Below, piece after piece: positions 23,267 through 34,360 of a stretch of DNA of 64,000 bases. The stretch comes from Chiloscyllium plagiosum (Eukaryota), in the NCBI RefSeq assembly GCF_004010195.1, contig NC_057718.1:66030770-66094769 (forward strand), given 5' to 3'. The notes beneath the pieces are model-generated. The model had not been told where the DNA came from, made no database searches, and saw nothing but the letters and a program-made list of their open reading frames with translations. The translations under genes and the position numbers were made by a program. The first letter of the stretch is position 1, and each line of letters opens with the position of its first letter.

Positions 23267-24166
23267 GTACAGAATGATCAGTTTTTGGCTCTTCTGTGTG
23301 CAGTGTTCTAAATGCTAAATTCGTATAAAATAAGTTGTATTCTGCTTGGACTTGGTTTCTCCACTATTGTACGTTGGCTATTCACTGAGTTAATATAGCT
23401 GAACATTGTAATGCTGCAGCAATATGTTTTGAAATTGGCAGTTCAGCATTTGCTGAATTTTGGAAGCCACCCACCTACATTGCTGCTACTTTACATTGAA
23501 AATACAGTTTCCCATGTGAGTTGACTATCAAATTTTAATAATGCCTCAATAATAATCTATTTGTGAAAATCTTTGGGGCAACTTCAGTAACTGACTCCAT
23601 GAAATGCTTGCTGCTGTTAAATTTGATAAAACCTGGTAATGCATGCAAATCAACAGTTTTCCCACAGCATTTAATATGTGATCTTTATGAAAGAATTCTA
23701 ATTTTGACTTCCACTTGGTATCTTGGATAATGGGTTATACTTTAGTTCCTCTCAGCATACTGGCAGTGTAACACTTGATTGTGAATGTCTTACTTTATGT
23801 AGTTTTCTGAATGTAGTGAATTATACAAATATATTAATCCATTTATACTCATGGGTCACCATGCAGAAGATTATGATTTATATGCATCACCAAATAATAT
23901 TGGTTGTTAAGCTGGTGAAAGAAAATACCTGCAAATGCTGGAAATTTAAAGGAAAACCAGAATAAGTTGAAATCTACAGCTGATCGCTTTGACAAAAAAA
24001 AATGGGTATGTAGTCTTTTGTCAGAATGGAAAACTAAAGAGAAGGAGGTGTGAAAAAGAACAGATTTGCCAGTCATGAGGCATAAATGAAGTATGATAAC
24101 CTGAACTTTGTCTAATAGAAAATTATTAGCTGGCATAAACGATTATTGGTAAAGTGAAGATACTGA

Positions 24167-24675
24167 ATAGAGTCATAGAGATGTACAGCATGGAAACCGA
24201 TCTTTCAGTCCAACTCGTGTGTTCAGTTCTGGGCTCCTTCCTATTGGAAGGATGTTGTTAAATTTGAAAGGGTCCAGAAAAGATTTACAAGGATGTTGCC
24301 AGGGTTGGAGGCTGAATAGGCTGGGACCTTTTTCCCTGGCACGTTGAAGGCTGAGGGGTGACCGCCGAAAGGTTTATAAAATGATGAGGGGCATGGATAG
24401 GATAAATAGAGAAAGTCTTTTCCCTAGAGTGGGGAAAATCCAGAACTAGAGGCCATAGGTTTAGGGTGAGAGGGGGAAGATATGAAAGGGTCCTAAAGGG
24501 CAACCTTTTCACACAGAGAGTGGTACGTGTATGGAATGAGCTGCCAGAGGAAGTGGTGGAGGCTAGTACAACTGCAATATTTAAAAGGCATCTGGATGGG
24601 TATATGAATAGGAAGGGTTTAGAGGGATATGAATCAAGTGCTGGTGAATGGGACTAGATGAGGTTGGGATATCTG
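24167..24675. mobile_element. CR1/HER1-like 3' end with internal inversion
   Basis: Tail on minus strand (24167-24218) joined to ORF2-end segment on plus strand (24219-24675; LFTQRVVRVWNELPEEVVEA...EWD). Confidence 0.85.
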
Positions 24676-24912
24676 GGAATAAAATAACAAAAGACTACAA
24701 AAATGGTAAATGTAAATACACAGGCGAACCCCAAGCAAAGGCATGGACATTGGGAAGAATAAAAGGTTGTCTGGAGTCAGTGAATGTGTGGAACTGTAAA
24801 AGCAGAAAATCGGAAATAAAAACAAAGTAGGAGCAGAGTGGATCTGTCAGCTCTGAGAAAAGGAAAGTACAACAACATTTAAGCCTCACTATTGGTGGAG
24901 TATGCGTATGGT

Positions 24913-25597
24913 CGTGATTTGGAGATACTGGTATTAGACTGTGATGTACAACGTTAAAAATCGCACAACACCAGGTTATAGTTCAATGGGTTTATTTGGA
25001 AGCACTTGCTTTCAGAGCGCTGCTCCTTCAGATGGTTGTGGAGAATAAGATCGTAAGGTACAGAATTTACAGCAAACGTTTACAGTGTGATGTAACTGAA
25101 ATTATGTATTGAAAAAGACCTGGATTGTTTAAGTCTCTCATCTTTTAGAATGACTATGTTGGTTTCAGTTCTTTCTTATGTAAATGGCAAAACCTTTTTT
25201 TGAAGTTGCATTCTCAAGTGAACTTTAACAACTTGTGTCATGTCGGCCCAGAAAATGCACTGAAGGTGTGAGATTCTGTGCCACAATAGTCAGACTGATT
25301 CTAATCTAAAAAATGGATTTATAGAATCTTACATAGATTCATGCAGTTTTTGAGCAAAATAAAATGTACTTCTGCAAATACAAATTCACCCCACAAACTT
25401 TTATGTGTATGTGCGCGTGTGGGGGAGGTGGGGGTGTTGGGGGTTAAGAGTGTCTGAGTGAGAGTGAATGTAAAGGGGTAGATGTTTGTGAGAGGCTATG
25501 ACTGTGGAAGTGTATGTGTGAGCTTATGAGTGTGTGTATAGTACAATGGGGTCACCTGTGGTGTGGCATGAACCCAAGGTCCCAGTTGATTTTTAAC
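24913..25597 (-). mobile_element. 5'-truncated Penelope-like element (family B): ORF end, 3' UTR, terminal repeat
   Basis: Same terminal sequence as the 22557 and 46935 elements; minus strand near 25590-25553 reads N-W-D-L-G-F-M-P-H-H-R-* (cf. GLNRDLGFMSHY*); TSD ta(t/a)gcgtatggt 24901-24912 / 25598-25609. Confidence 0.8.
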
Positions 25598-26179
25598 TAA
25601 GCGTATGGTGTTTACCTTTTTTATCGAGGGATCAGGGATAATGCTTGATAAATCATGATTTGTGAAGAATCACAATTGTTTAACTGTACAGGAGGTGGCC
25701 ATCGTGTCTGCACCAGCTACCCACTGAGCATTGTGACTGTCTTCTGTCTTTTAGCCGTACTCTGGCACATTATTTCTATTCAACTACCCATCTAGTACCC
25801 TTCGCATTGCTTCAGTTGAACCCACCTTCTCCACATTTCCAAGAAGTGCATTCCTGACCTAAAGTATTCATTGTGTTAAAAGATATTTGTTTTTCTCAAT
25901 CAAACTTCCTCAGACTACAGATGCTGACTGATGTGTATTTGCAGTGTTTCCTATTCTTTCCCAATTTTTTTGTGCAATAAAGTTTAGGTGTTTAGTTTTC
26001 TAATAATAGAATAGAGTTGAAGGCTTGTGAATTCTAAATTGGTCACAAAATATATTTAGTTAATAATTGTTAAGGTAATTGTGGCAAAATATGTAGCTGC
26101 AGATTATTCAGGTTTATTGTAAGATTTAAATTGTTGTAAGAATTAAAAGAGAAAGTATATCAGTTGAAAGCAAATCTTA

Positions 26180-26912
26180 GCAAGACTTATACATTTAATG
26201 GTAATGTTCTAGAGTACACATTCTTAGTTCCTTGAAAGAAAAGTCACAGGAAGATAGGACAGTGAAGAAGGCGTTTGGTACGCTTTCCTTTAATGATCAG
26301 AGTATCGAGTATAGGAGTTGAGAGATCATATTGTGGCCATACAGGACATTGGTTAGGCCACTGTTGGAATATTGTGTGCAATTCTGGTCTCCCTCCTATT
26401 GGAACAATGTTGTGAAACGTGAAAGGGTTCAGAAAATATTTACAAGGATGTTGCCAGGGCTGGAGGATTTGAGCTATAGGAAGAGGATGAATAGGTTGAG
26501 ACTGTTTTTCCTGGAGTGTCGGAGGCTAAGAGATGACCTTATAGAGGTTTATAAAATCATGAGGGGCATGGATAGGATAAATAGGCAAAGTCGTTTCCCT
26601 GGGGTGGGGGAGTCCAGAACTAGAGGACATAGGTTTAGGATGAGAGAGGAAAGATATAAAAGGGACCTAAAGAGCAACTTTTTCATGCAGAAGGTGGTAC
26701 GTGTATGGAATGAGCTGCCAGAGGAAGTGGTGGAGGCTGGAACAATTGCAGGATTTAAAAGACATCTGGATGGGTATATGAATAGGAAAGGTTTAGAGGG
26801 ATGTGGACCAAGATCTGGCAAATGGGACTAGATTAATTTAGGATATCTGGTCGGCATGGTTGAGTTGGACCGAAGGGTCTGTTTCCGTGCTGTACATCTC
26901 CACGACTCTAAA
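26180..26912 (+). mobile_element. Young CR1/HER1-like LINE 3' end
   Basis: Open ORF 26331..26831 YRTLVRPLLEYCVQFWSP...RVQKIFTRMLPGLEDLSYR...WNELPEEVVEA...KWD*, followed by typical tail. Confidence 0.93.
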
Positions 26913-27441
26913 TTGACCAAGGATGCTAAATAATCATAAAATTCATTCGTGTTAACTGTAAAATGGGATTATAAACACGTAGTTGATTTGGGCTGGATGT
27001 TTGTTTGATTGTCAGCTCTCAGTACCTTATACACAGCATATTGTACCCCCTAAAACAGAAAATGCCTATGCTATTGAAGCTAGAAGCGAACTTTCCATGC
27101 CATGGAAGCATTACCATGCAAGTAACTTCCAAATGGAGAAAGTTAAAAGACTAGTGCTACAATATTTTAGTACATCTTTAATAGCTGCCGATGTAAAATG
27201 TATTAGAATAAATAACAAGTTGCTGAATTGACTCCAAAGTTGTGTAGGGTAGACAAATGTTAAGTAATTTGTACTTGCCTGTCTTGACTTAATTTTTTGA
27301 AAGGCAGATGCTATTTAACAAAATACAAAATGGTTCATTTCAGTCATTTGGCTGCATTAGCACATATTGAGTTATGTATGTTACAATAGTAATTTATCTA
27401 AGTTATTATGTTGTGGATTCACTGGAGGCTCACTTATGTAT

Positions 27442-27548
27442 CTAGTATGATGAGAAAATGTCTGAAAACAAACATTCCAGCTCAGTGAGCAAACTTACAT
27501 CCAGAACCTCAACCTGAGCTAGAAATCTTCTCAAAACTAGCTAAATTA
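27442..27548 (+). mobile_element. Penelope-like family C terminal fragment
   Basis: cagctcagtgagcaaacttacatccagaacctcaacctgagct matches 19511-19555; 8-bp flanking repeat ttatgtat (27434-27441, 27549-27556). Confidence 0.65.
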
Positions 27549-27660
27549 TTATGTATACGACTTTAATTAAACTAACCTGACAGATCTTACTCTGATTTAG
27601 GCAAAGCAAAATAAATTACAGCTTGCAATACTGAAGGACTGCTTTTAATCCCATGTACAG

Positions 27661-27729
27661 GTTACCTACCACCGCCACCAGTCGTTCCACCTCCAGTTGT
27701 TGGGCCTTCTATTCCTCCAGTACAAACCT
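27661..27729 (+). CDS. SCAF8: SCAF8 short coding exon (Pro-rich)
   Basis: ccatgtacAG|gt...acct|GTgagt; 69 nt, phase 1-1; (G)YLPPPPVVPPPVVGPSIPPVQT, cf. human GFMPPPVPPPVVPPPTIPPVVPT. Confidence 0.9.
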
Positions 27730-28619
27730 GTGAGTATATTTAAAATATTTACGGTTGCTTTACGTATGTCTCAATTTTTGATGGCTGTTACTGCACTAGT
27801 TTACAGAAGGTTAATTAAAGAGAAATTTAAAAGACTTAATTTTTTCATTCTGATGGATTATTGTTTATTAAGAACAAATGAATGCATCAGGGATGAGAAA
27901 TCCTCATTGTTAGATGGAATTCTAACTTTTTAATAAAGAGGTCAAGCTGTTTAACTTTTTTTACTATTACCTATGCCTCCCTTCTGCCTTCACTGCTAAT
28001 TACTCCACAGTCAAAGCTGGGAAGAGAGAGCATTTGAAAGTCTGGAAATCTTTGCAAGTACTGAGGTCAGGAGCAGACACAAAGGAATAACCACTCATCT
28101 CCTGGCAGAGGTGGGATCTGCTGGCTGCTTGATTGAGATACGGATTTTAGCAGAGAGCAGTGGGAAGAAGCAGCAGAAACTTAGTTTCAGCTCGCTTTGA
28201 GAAACAGTTGAACGCAAGTCGGAAGGAGCAACCAACACCCACATCTCTGCACAGTTTAGCCAGTGTAGGGAGCGGCAAGGCTCCCAAATCTCAGCAGAGT
28301 TTAGCAGGCAGGGTGCTGGTGTTGGCAAGATTGCCGAATGGGTTGAGGGGAATGAATGGGAGGGGCTTTTGGTAAGTTGGTCAGATGTGGAAAGAGGAAA
28401 GGAGCTGGCTACATTGTGGTAGTGGACAGAAAGACTTCATTAAGCCTTATATCACCAAGGGATTGGAGAACTTGGTTGAATCCTATATGAATACTTGAAG
28501 AATTTTGATACTTACCTATATTATCTGTTGATCTATAACATGCAAACATTAATTATATACTGAATACTACAATGCTGACAAATTGTTTAGTTTTTGCTGG
28601 CATCTAAGCTTGTTAATTT

Positions 28620-28870
28620 TTGAATGTCTTAATTTTACACATTCTTGCATGGGATGTAGATCGTGGCAAAGCTGGCATTTGTTGCCCAACAAGAATTTCC
28701 CTTGAAACAATGGTGGCGAACGGGTCACATTGGAAAATAGCTTGTGAATCACTGCCATTGTCCTTTCCTTCACTGTGTTTGCATGATCCAGCATGGTCAT
28801 GCTCTTATGTTGTTATAGACTTGTGTCTTTTATGACCTGAACTAACTGCATTGAATGCTAAGGTCATTTT
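28620..28870 (-). mobile_element. LINE/SINE 3' tail remnant
   Basis: gcatgggatgtag...gctggcatttgttgcccaac is the reverse complement of the gggcaataaatgctggc...cacatcccatg tail. Confidence 0.5.
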
Positions 28871-29199
28871 AGTGATTTTATGCATAAACATTGGTCCATT
28901 AGTTTGCCGGTTATAGAGATAACCCTAAGGAAGACTATTGTTCCTATCCTCCTGAAGTCTAACAATTCTACCTTTTAGAAGTGGCCTAGAAACATTTACA
29001 TTCACTGCAGATCATAAAAGATGTTATAATTACTTGAATCCTTTAGCAAATTTTCAGACCAGTTTGTCTTCGTTCACTCTCATCCCTGAATGCATACTTT
29101 CTGAACTGTGGAAATGAAGTAGATTGTTCTTAATTTTGTTTGAAGATTATTCTCAAGTTTGTTGTCTAAAATTAATAGTGCAAAAAAATTATTTTGCAG

Positions 29200-29445
29200 C
29201 TCTAGTTTGCCCGCCTCTTTCCAACACCCAAGACAGTACAAAGGATTCCCCGTTTGGGAACCTACTTTCACACATAGGCTCTGGGCACAGCAATCTCCCA
29301 GCTCCTAGTATTCCACCAGGGAGTATGTTTAATCCAATTGGCACACAGCCTCTCTCTTCTGGTCCAGGTGGATCAAATGACTTAGGGGCACCACGCACAG
29401 GTAGCCAAACGTCATCATCTGAAACAACATCTACTTCTGGGCCAG
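29200..29445 (+). CDS. SCAF8: SCAF8 penultimate coding exon
   Basis: attttgcAG|ct...ccag|GTatgt; 246 nt, phase 1-1; (S)LVCPPLSNTQDSTKDSPFGNLL...SETTSTSGP. Confidence 0.88.
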
Positions 29446-29756
29446 GTATGTAGTTCTTTTGAAACATTTTTGCACTATCTTAGTTATTACAACAAATTTA
29501 TCTCAGTTAATACAGATGATACCTTCTGCAATCTTTTTTCCTTATCCACAACAACTGTTAGTTGAGTGAAAAGTATGTGCTGTGAGAATGCTTAGTTATG
29601 CATAAATTGAAATCTGACACTTGGATTGAAAGGAAATGATTTCTGCTTTGAAAATGCAATTTTTATTTTTGTTTTAATTTTAAAATGAGCAATTTCTGTT
29701 TTCATTAGCTATAACTTTAGCTATCTTTTTCCACCATATATACATAAATCTGGCTT

Positions 29757-29880
29757 TAGACAATAGGTGCAGGAGTAGGCCATTCAGCCCTTCGAGTCTG
29801 CACCGCCATTCAATATGATCATGGCTGATCATTCCTAATCAGTATCCTCTTCCTGCCTTATCTCCATAACCCTTGATTAA
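29757..29880 (-). mobile_element. Short young CR1-like 3' end (second subfamily)
   Basis: aataggtgcaggagtaggccattcagcccttcgagtctgcaccgccattcaatatgatcatggctgatc; CpG-retaining; related to tails at 39305 and 40535. Confidence 0.75.
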
Positions 29881-30599
29881 CCCTTGGCTCTTTCTTTAAA
29901 CATGATGTTTTGTAATTGCAGTATTATAACAGTATATAGAGATTTAACTTTCAATTTGGTTGAAATAATGAGACATAAATGTTAAGTTTTTATATTTTGG
30001 TATTTCAGGACATTGGCACAGTTGCTCACCATCCACAAGGTGACAGTGTGACATATATTGAGTTGAACTGCATTGTCAGTGTTGCACATCCAAAGCTACA
30101 CATTTATAGGAAGACACAATAGTCTATTGTAGTTTCTTTGTTTCATTTTGGGCTATTTAGAGAATCGCATGCATGTTTCAATACATAGGGTGCATGATCA
30201 GCCATAGATTTATATTTAATGGCTTCTCGAGAATATTTGATTCCCAATTCAATGACCTTATCTCAATCACAAAGTTATAATGATGTCAGCTTCAATAAGT
30301 AGATTTTATTGTGATTTAAAGGTAGATCGAAAATGATGTGACTTGCTAGTGACATGCAGTTGTTTAGCAATGTGTTATTTGATTGAATGAAATGATTCTG
30401 GTGTTTCTGCAGCAACTTAACCAATCTCAAGTGTTCCCCCACCCTCCACTACAATAGTGATGGAGTTGTCAACATTTTGTTAATTGTAGGGACATTTTGC
30501 TACAGTTGTTGAGTCTATTGATAAAACCGCGTTTGTAGAAATATGTACTGTTTCAGTCTCGTTAGTTAAGAGTGACATTCAGATCTGTTCAAAAAAGGT

Positions 30600-31400
30600 T
30601 CACTCGACTTATTTCTGGGGTGAAAGGCTTTACTTACGAGTAAAGTTGGGCCTCTAACCATTGAAGCTTAGATGAATGGGAAATGTTCTTTTTAGAAGCA
30701 TAAAAGATCCTAAGGTGAATTAACATTTTGACTCCTGAGAGTACACTCCTCCTTAAGGGAGAAACTAGAACTAAGGGAAACTGTTCACTGTTAAGGGATC
30801 TTCAGTTTAAGATCGATATGATAACGTTTTTTCTGAGAGTTGTTGGCCTTTGGAATTCTTTTTATTCAAAGATCAGTGGAGGCTGGGTCAGTGAATACTT
30901 GAAGCTGAGTGAGATAAATTAGAGTCTTAGAGATGTACAACATGGAAACAGTTCCTTCCATCCAACTCAACCATGCCGACCAAATATCCTAAATTAATCT
31001 GGTCCCATTTGCCAGCATTTGGTCCATATCCCTCCAAACCCTCCTTATTTATATGCTCATCCAGATGCCTTTTAAATGTAATTATACCAGCCTCCACCAC
31101 TTCCTGTGGCAGCTTATTCTGTACACACACCATCCTTAGGACCATCTTAAATCTTTCCCCTTTCCCTTTAAACCTGTGCCTTCTAGTTTGAACTCCCTCC
31201 CCCAAGGAAAAAAGACCTTGATTATTCACCTTATCCATGCCCCTCCTGATTTTTCCTGTGGGAGGGTTTCAAGGTATATAGGGAGTAGACAGAAAAGGAT
31301 AGTTGCGGTCATGATCAAGTCTGTCATAGTCTTATGAAATGGTGGAGTAGGAGCTTGAGCCAAATGGTCTACTCCGGCTCTTAATATCTATGTTCGTATG
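30600..31400 (+). mobile_element. Old CR1-like 3' fragment with a nested younger minus-strand copy
   Basis: FFLRVVGLWNSF ORF remnant; tail resumes after 31255. Confidence 0.65.
30920..31255 (-). mobile_element. CR1/HER1-like 3' end
   Basis: Minus ORF MDKVNNQGLF...LPQEVVEAGIITFKRHLD...GKWD plus tail; reverse-complement homolog of 26555-26912. Confidence 0.88.
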
Positions 31401-31548
31401 TAAACATGGACAATAAAAACGAATACTGCCAGCCGATTTAATGCTTCAATATACATTACAATACATACCTCGATACTGTAGACATAGAATATGATTGTGT
31501 TCACCTGGCCAAAAGCATCCTATTTATTGTGAGTCCTTACTGTTGCAG

Positions 31549-32603
31549 GAACTCAAAGTACAGTTTCAACTGGGTCAGTTCTGGGATTGCAACCATCAAC
31601 ACCTGCACCAGGACTACCCAATTTGCCACCTCCAAGTATGGTTGGACCAAGGATACCTGGAGTACTCCCACTGGACGTGCGTCCCGGAATGATGCCACCA
31701 TCGCCAGGACAGCGGTTTCCATTGCTGATGCCCCCTCAGCCGAACCTGCCCCCTCAGCCAAACCTGCCCCCTCAGCAAAGCATGCCTCCTTCGTTATCAA
31801 TTGACAGACCTCTTCACTCAGGGTCCAGAGCTCCCTTTCCACCAGTAAGTTCTTTCAGTAGGCTTGAAGGAGCATTTACAAGATCTGCAGTCCCCAGTTC
31901 TGAGAGCAGTACTAATGCAAGCCAAGGTACTGCAGATGAAAGAAGATCTACTGGAAATGATCATTCTTTTCAGCGAAACAACATACAACAAGAAGGTGAT
32001 CGGGATTATCGCTTCCCACCAGTGGATAACAGCGACAGTCTTGGAAGACGTGATCAATTTGCATTTGGTCCTGACCAAAGATGGGGCTCGAGAGATTTTG
32101 ATGAACGTGAGCGTCGTGCCATGCCCTTTGGTGGTCCTAAAGGTTTTCATGATGATCATGAAGCATATAGTGGAAGAAATTTCAGGTTTGATGGAAGAAG
32201 TGGTCCGATATGGAACCGGAGTTTTGACCAGGAAACCCATAGGGATCTTGATGATCGCAGTAGGCCTTGGGAACGCCAGAGAGATCGTGACGACCGAGAT
32301 TTTGGCTTTCGCCGAGATGTAAATGGAAACCGTTTTGGAAGAGACAGAGAGCAAGATCACTGGGTTCCTCCTCGGCATAGGTTTGACTATTTTCAAGGGA
32401 CCACTGATCACCAAAAACCTGATGATAGGCCTCGGGTAAATGGTGACTTCTCAGAAACAAACAGCCAGACACCAAACAAGGAGCTCGCAAACAATGACCC
32501 TGAAGTGTCTGTGAACCTTGCATCTCCATCAGATGGAAGTGTGGAGAAGGATGACTTAGAAAATCAACCTGTAACCGAAAACACAGATACCGAGGGGACA
32601 TAA
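31549..32603 (+). CDS. SCAF8: SCAF8 terminal coding exon to stop codon
   Basis: ctgttgcAG|ga act caa; in frame with ORF 31587..32603; contains NIQQEGDRDYRFPP, RDFDERE, RPWERQRDRDDRDF and terminal ENTDTEGT*, diagnostic of SCAF8 rather than SCAF4. Confidence 0.96.
31731..31784 (+). repeat. Coding 18-bp tandem repeat x3 (PPQPNL PPQPNL PPQQSM)
   Basis: ccccctcagccgaacctg / ccccctcagccaaacctg / ccccctcagcaaagcatg. Confidence 0.9.
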
Positions 32604-34350
32604 TTGTCATACGGTATGGCAATATTTTGTATAGGTGGTCATCTGCAGTGGACAAAATGGTTGACTGGAACTTGAGAAAAGTCACTGTTGTCTGCGAGAC
32701 AATTTAATCCGATGTACATCCTTTCACTCTAATAACTGAAGTTAATGTGTACAACTGACCTGTACAGACTGTTGTTCTTTAGTTGAACACGGTAGGTAAC
32801 GACATTTTTTTTTCATGCTTAGAGGCCAGAACTCCCACATTTCTTTTAATTTGAGGAAGATATAATAGCTTGCCAAAAAAAATTTTAAATTGATCTTCCT
32901 ATGGAAGATAAGTAAATTTGTAGCTGTTACAGCTGGGATGGAATAAAAGTGGAGATAGTAATACTTGACAGAAAGGCATAATCTGAATTTTTCCATTCCC
33001 TGAAACTGCTACAATATTTAAATTTAATGCTTTGACAAAAAGGAGTTACTGTTTCATGTTTTATCCTGTTGACAGCAATCGCCTAGCCCATTCACAGTGA
33101 GCAGTGCAGTACTGAGGTGTAGAAAAAAAATTGTAATACGTTTCTGTTTTGTAAAAACAAAAAAGATATTTTAATTCTCTTATAGTCTGGTCTCTGTTAA
33201 TCCCAGAATAATAAATGTTTGTGATTTGTCCCTCGTACTGCAGTGAGTAACGGCTGAAAAACAGTCATTTGAATGTTGGGTGCATTCTGTTTTTAGATGC
33301 TAATAAAACGTTTGTTTGATAATGTTGTGATCTTCAGTTCATCTGTTTTTTTTTGCAAAGGAAAGGTGCCATCAAAAAATGGTGATTTGATTTAGCATCA
33401 GGAAAAATGTAAAAGAAAATAATTAAAGAAAATAATTAAGTAGCAATGGGGGAAAGGAGTCCAGAGCCACTCAGTGTTGTGGAAGTTGAGATTTTTTTCT
33501 TTAGAATTGCCTTTCATCTCACCATCTCTTTTTTTTTTCCTGAGTCTTCCAGTAAAAGTGTGGTTGATGCAATTTGCCCTATGCCATTCGAGTTATCCAG
33601 TGAGCGGGCCAAGTTGGATGTTTAAATTTTCCTTCCGTTGAGATGAAAACTTTGCATCTGTAAAGCACTCTATCTGGTGGTCCAACTGATGTGAAACTAG
33701 CTAGAATAAAACAGGCCTTTAAACCTAATCTTCACCCTTCTCGAGGGAAGAAAGTGCTGATCTGACCTGTGTAGCTATGATCTGTTTAAATGAAAATCTC
33801 CATAATTATTTTGTACTTTAGACAGATTGGTAAAGAACAAAAATGAAATGAATTGTTGGCTAGGACTAATGTTTATTTCAGTTGAATGCTAGCATAAGAG
33901 CACATTGAGTATTCTGTGAAATAGGCTTGACCAAATTTCACATGTGCTTTAGCCATCGTAATATTGGAACATGTTAGGCAGCATTGGTTAATGCAATGCC
34001 TTAAAAGTTTGTTTGCTCTTGTTAAAAGAAATTCTTGTGACTTTTTCAGCTAGTTGAATGAAAGGCAAGATTGTACAGGGATTCATGAACATTAAGTGGT
34101 CGACCATCAGTCTGTATTGAAAACACTACTAATAGAGCCAGATTTTATACCAGTTTCACCATAAAATGTAATCTTCTTCCTGTATTATCGAATTATTTAT
34201 ACCTACAGAATTTTGGAAGCCAGAGCTTTCTGATTTAACTTACTGCTTTGAATCTTGGATCTGTATACAGGTCAATGTTCTATCAATTACTTCTATTTGT
34301 GTTTCCCATAATTGTATTTTCCAATAAATAAGAGTGCTTGTTGTTTTAGT
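32604..34350 (+). other. SCAF8: SCAF8 3' UTR (extent uncertain)
   Basis: AU-rich sequence without recognisable TEs after the stop; AATAAA at 32942, 33210, 33302, 33705 and 34323. Confidence 0.6.
33302..33355 (+). terminator. Candidate poly(A) signal with downstream GU/U-rich element
   Basis: AATAAA 33302-33307 followed by tttgtttg...tgttgtg...tgttttttttt. Confidence 0.55.
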
Positions 34351-34360
34351 TGTACAGCTG
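34323..34360 (+). terminator. Candidate distal poly(A) signal
   Basis: AATAAA 34323-34328 preceded by TGTA (ttgtattt) and followed by ttgttgttttagttgt. Confidence 0.45.

Noticed and set aside
26331..26831. 166-aa ORF as a host gene
   Set aside because: C-terminus of CR1 ORF2; the same peptide recurs in many decayed copies
11182..32603. Calling the gene SCAF4
   Set aside because: The RS exon, WDVDLGVTYIPW and the C-terminus (QQEGDRDYRFPP ... TEGT*) match recalled SCAF8, not SCAF4
31818..32685. Long alternative-frame and antisense ORFs (31818..32414 -, 31864..32322 +, 32182..32685 -)
   Set aside because: Shadows of the SCAF8 terminal exon; no recognisable protein similarity
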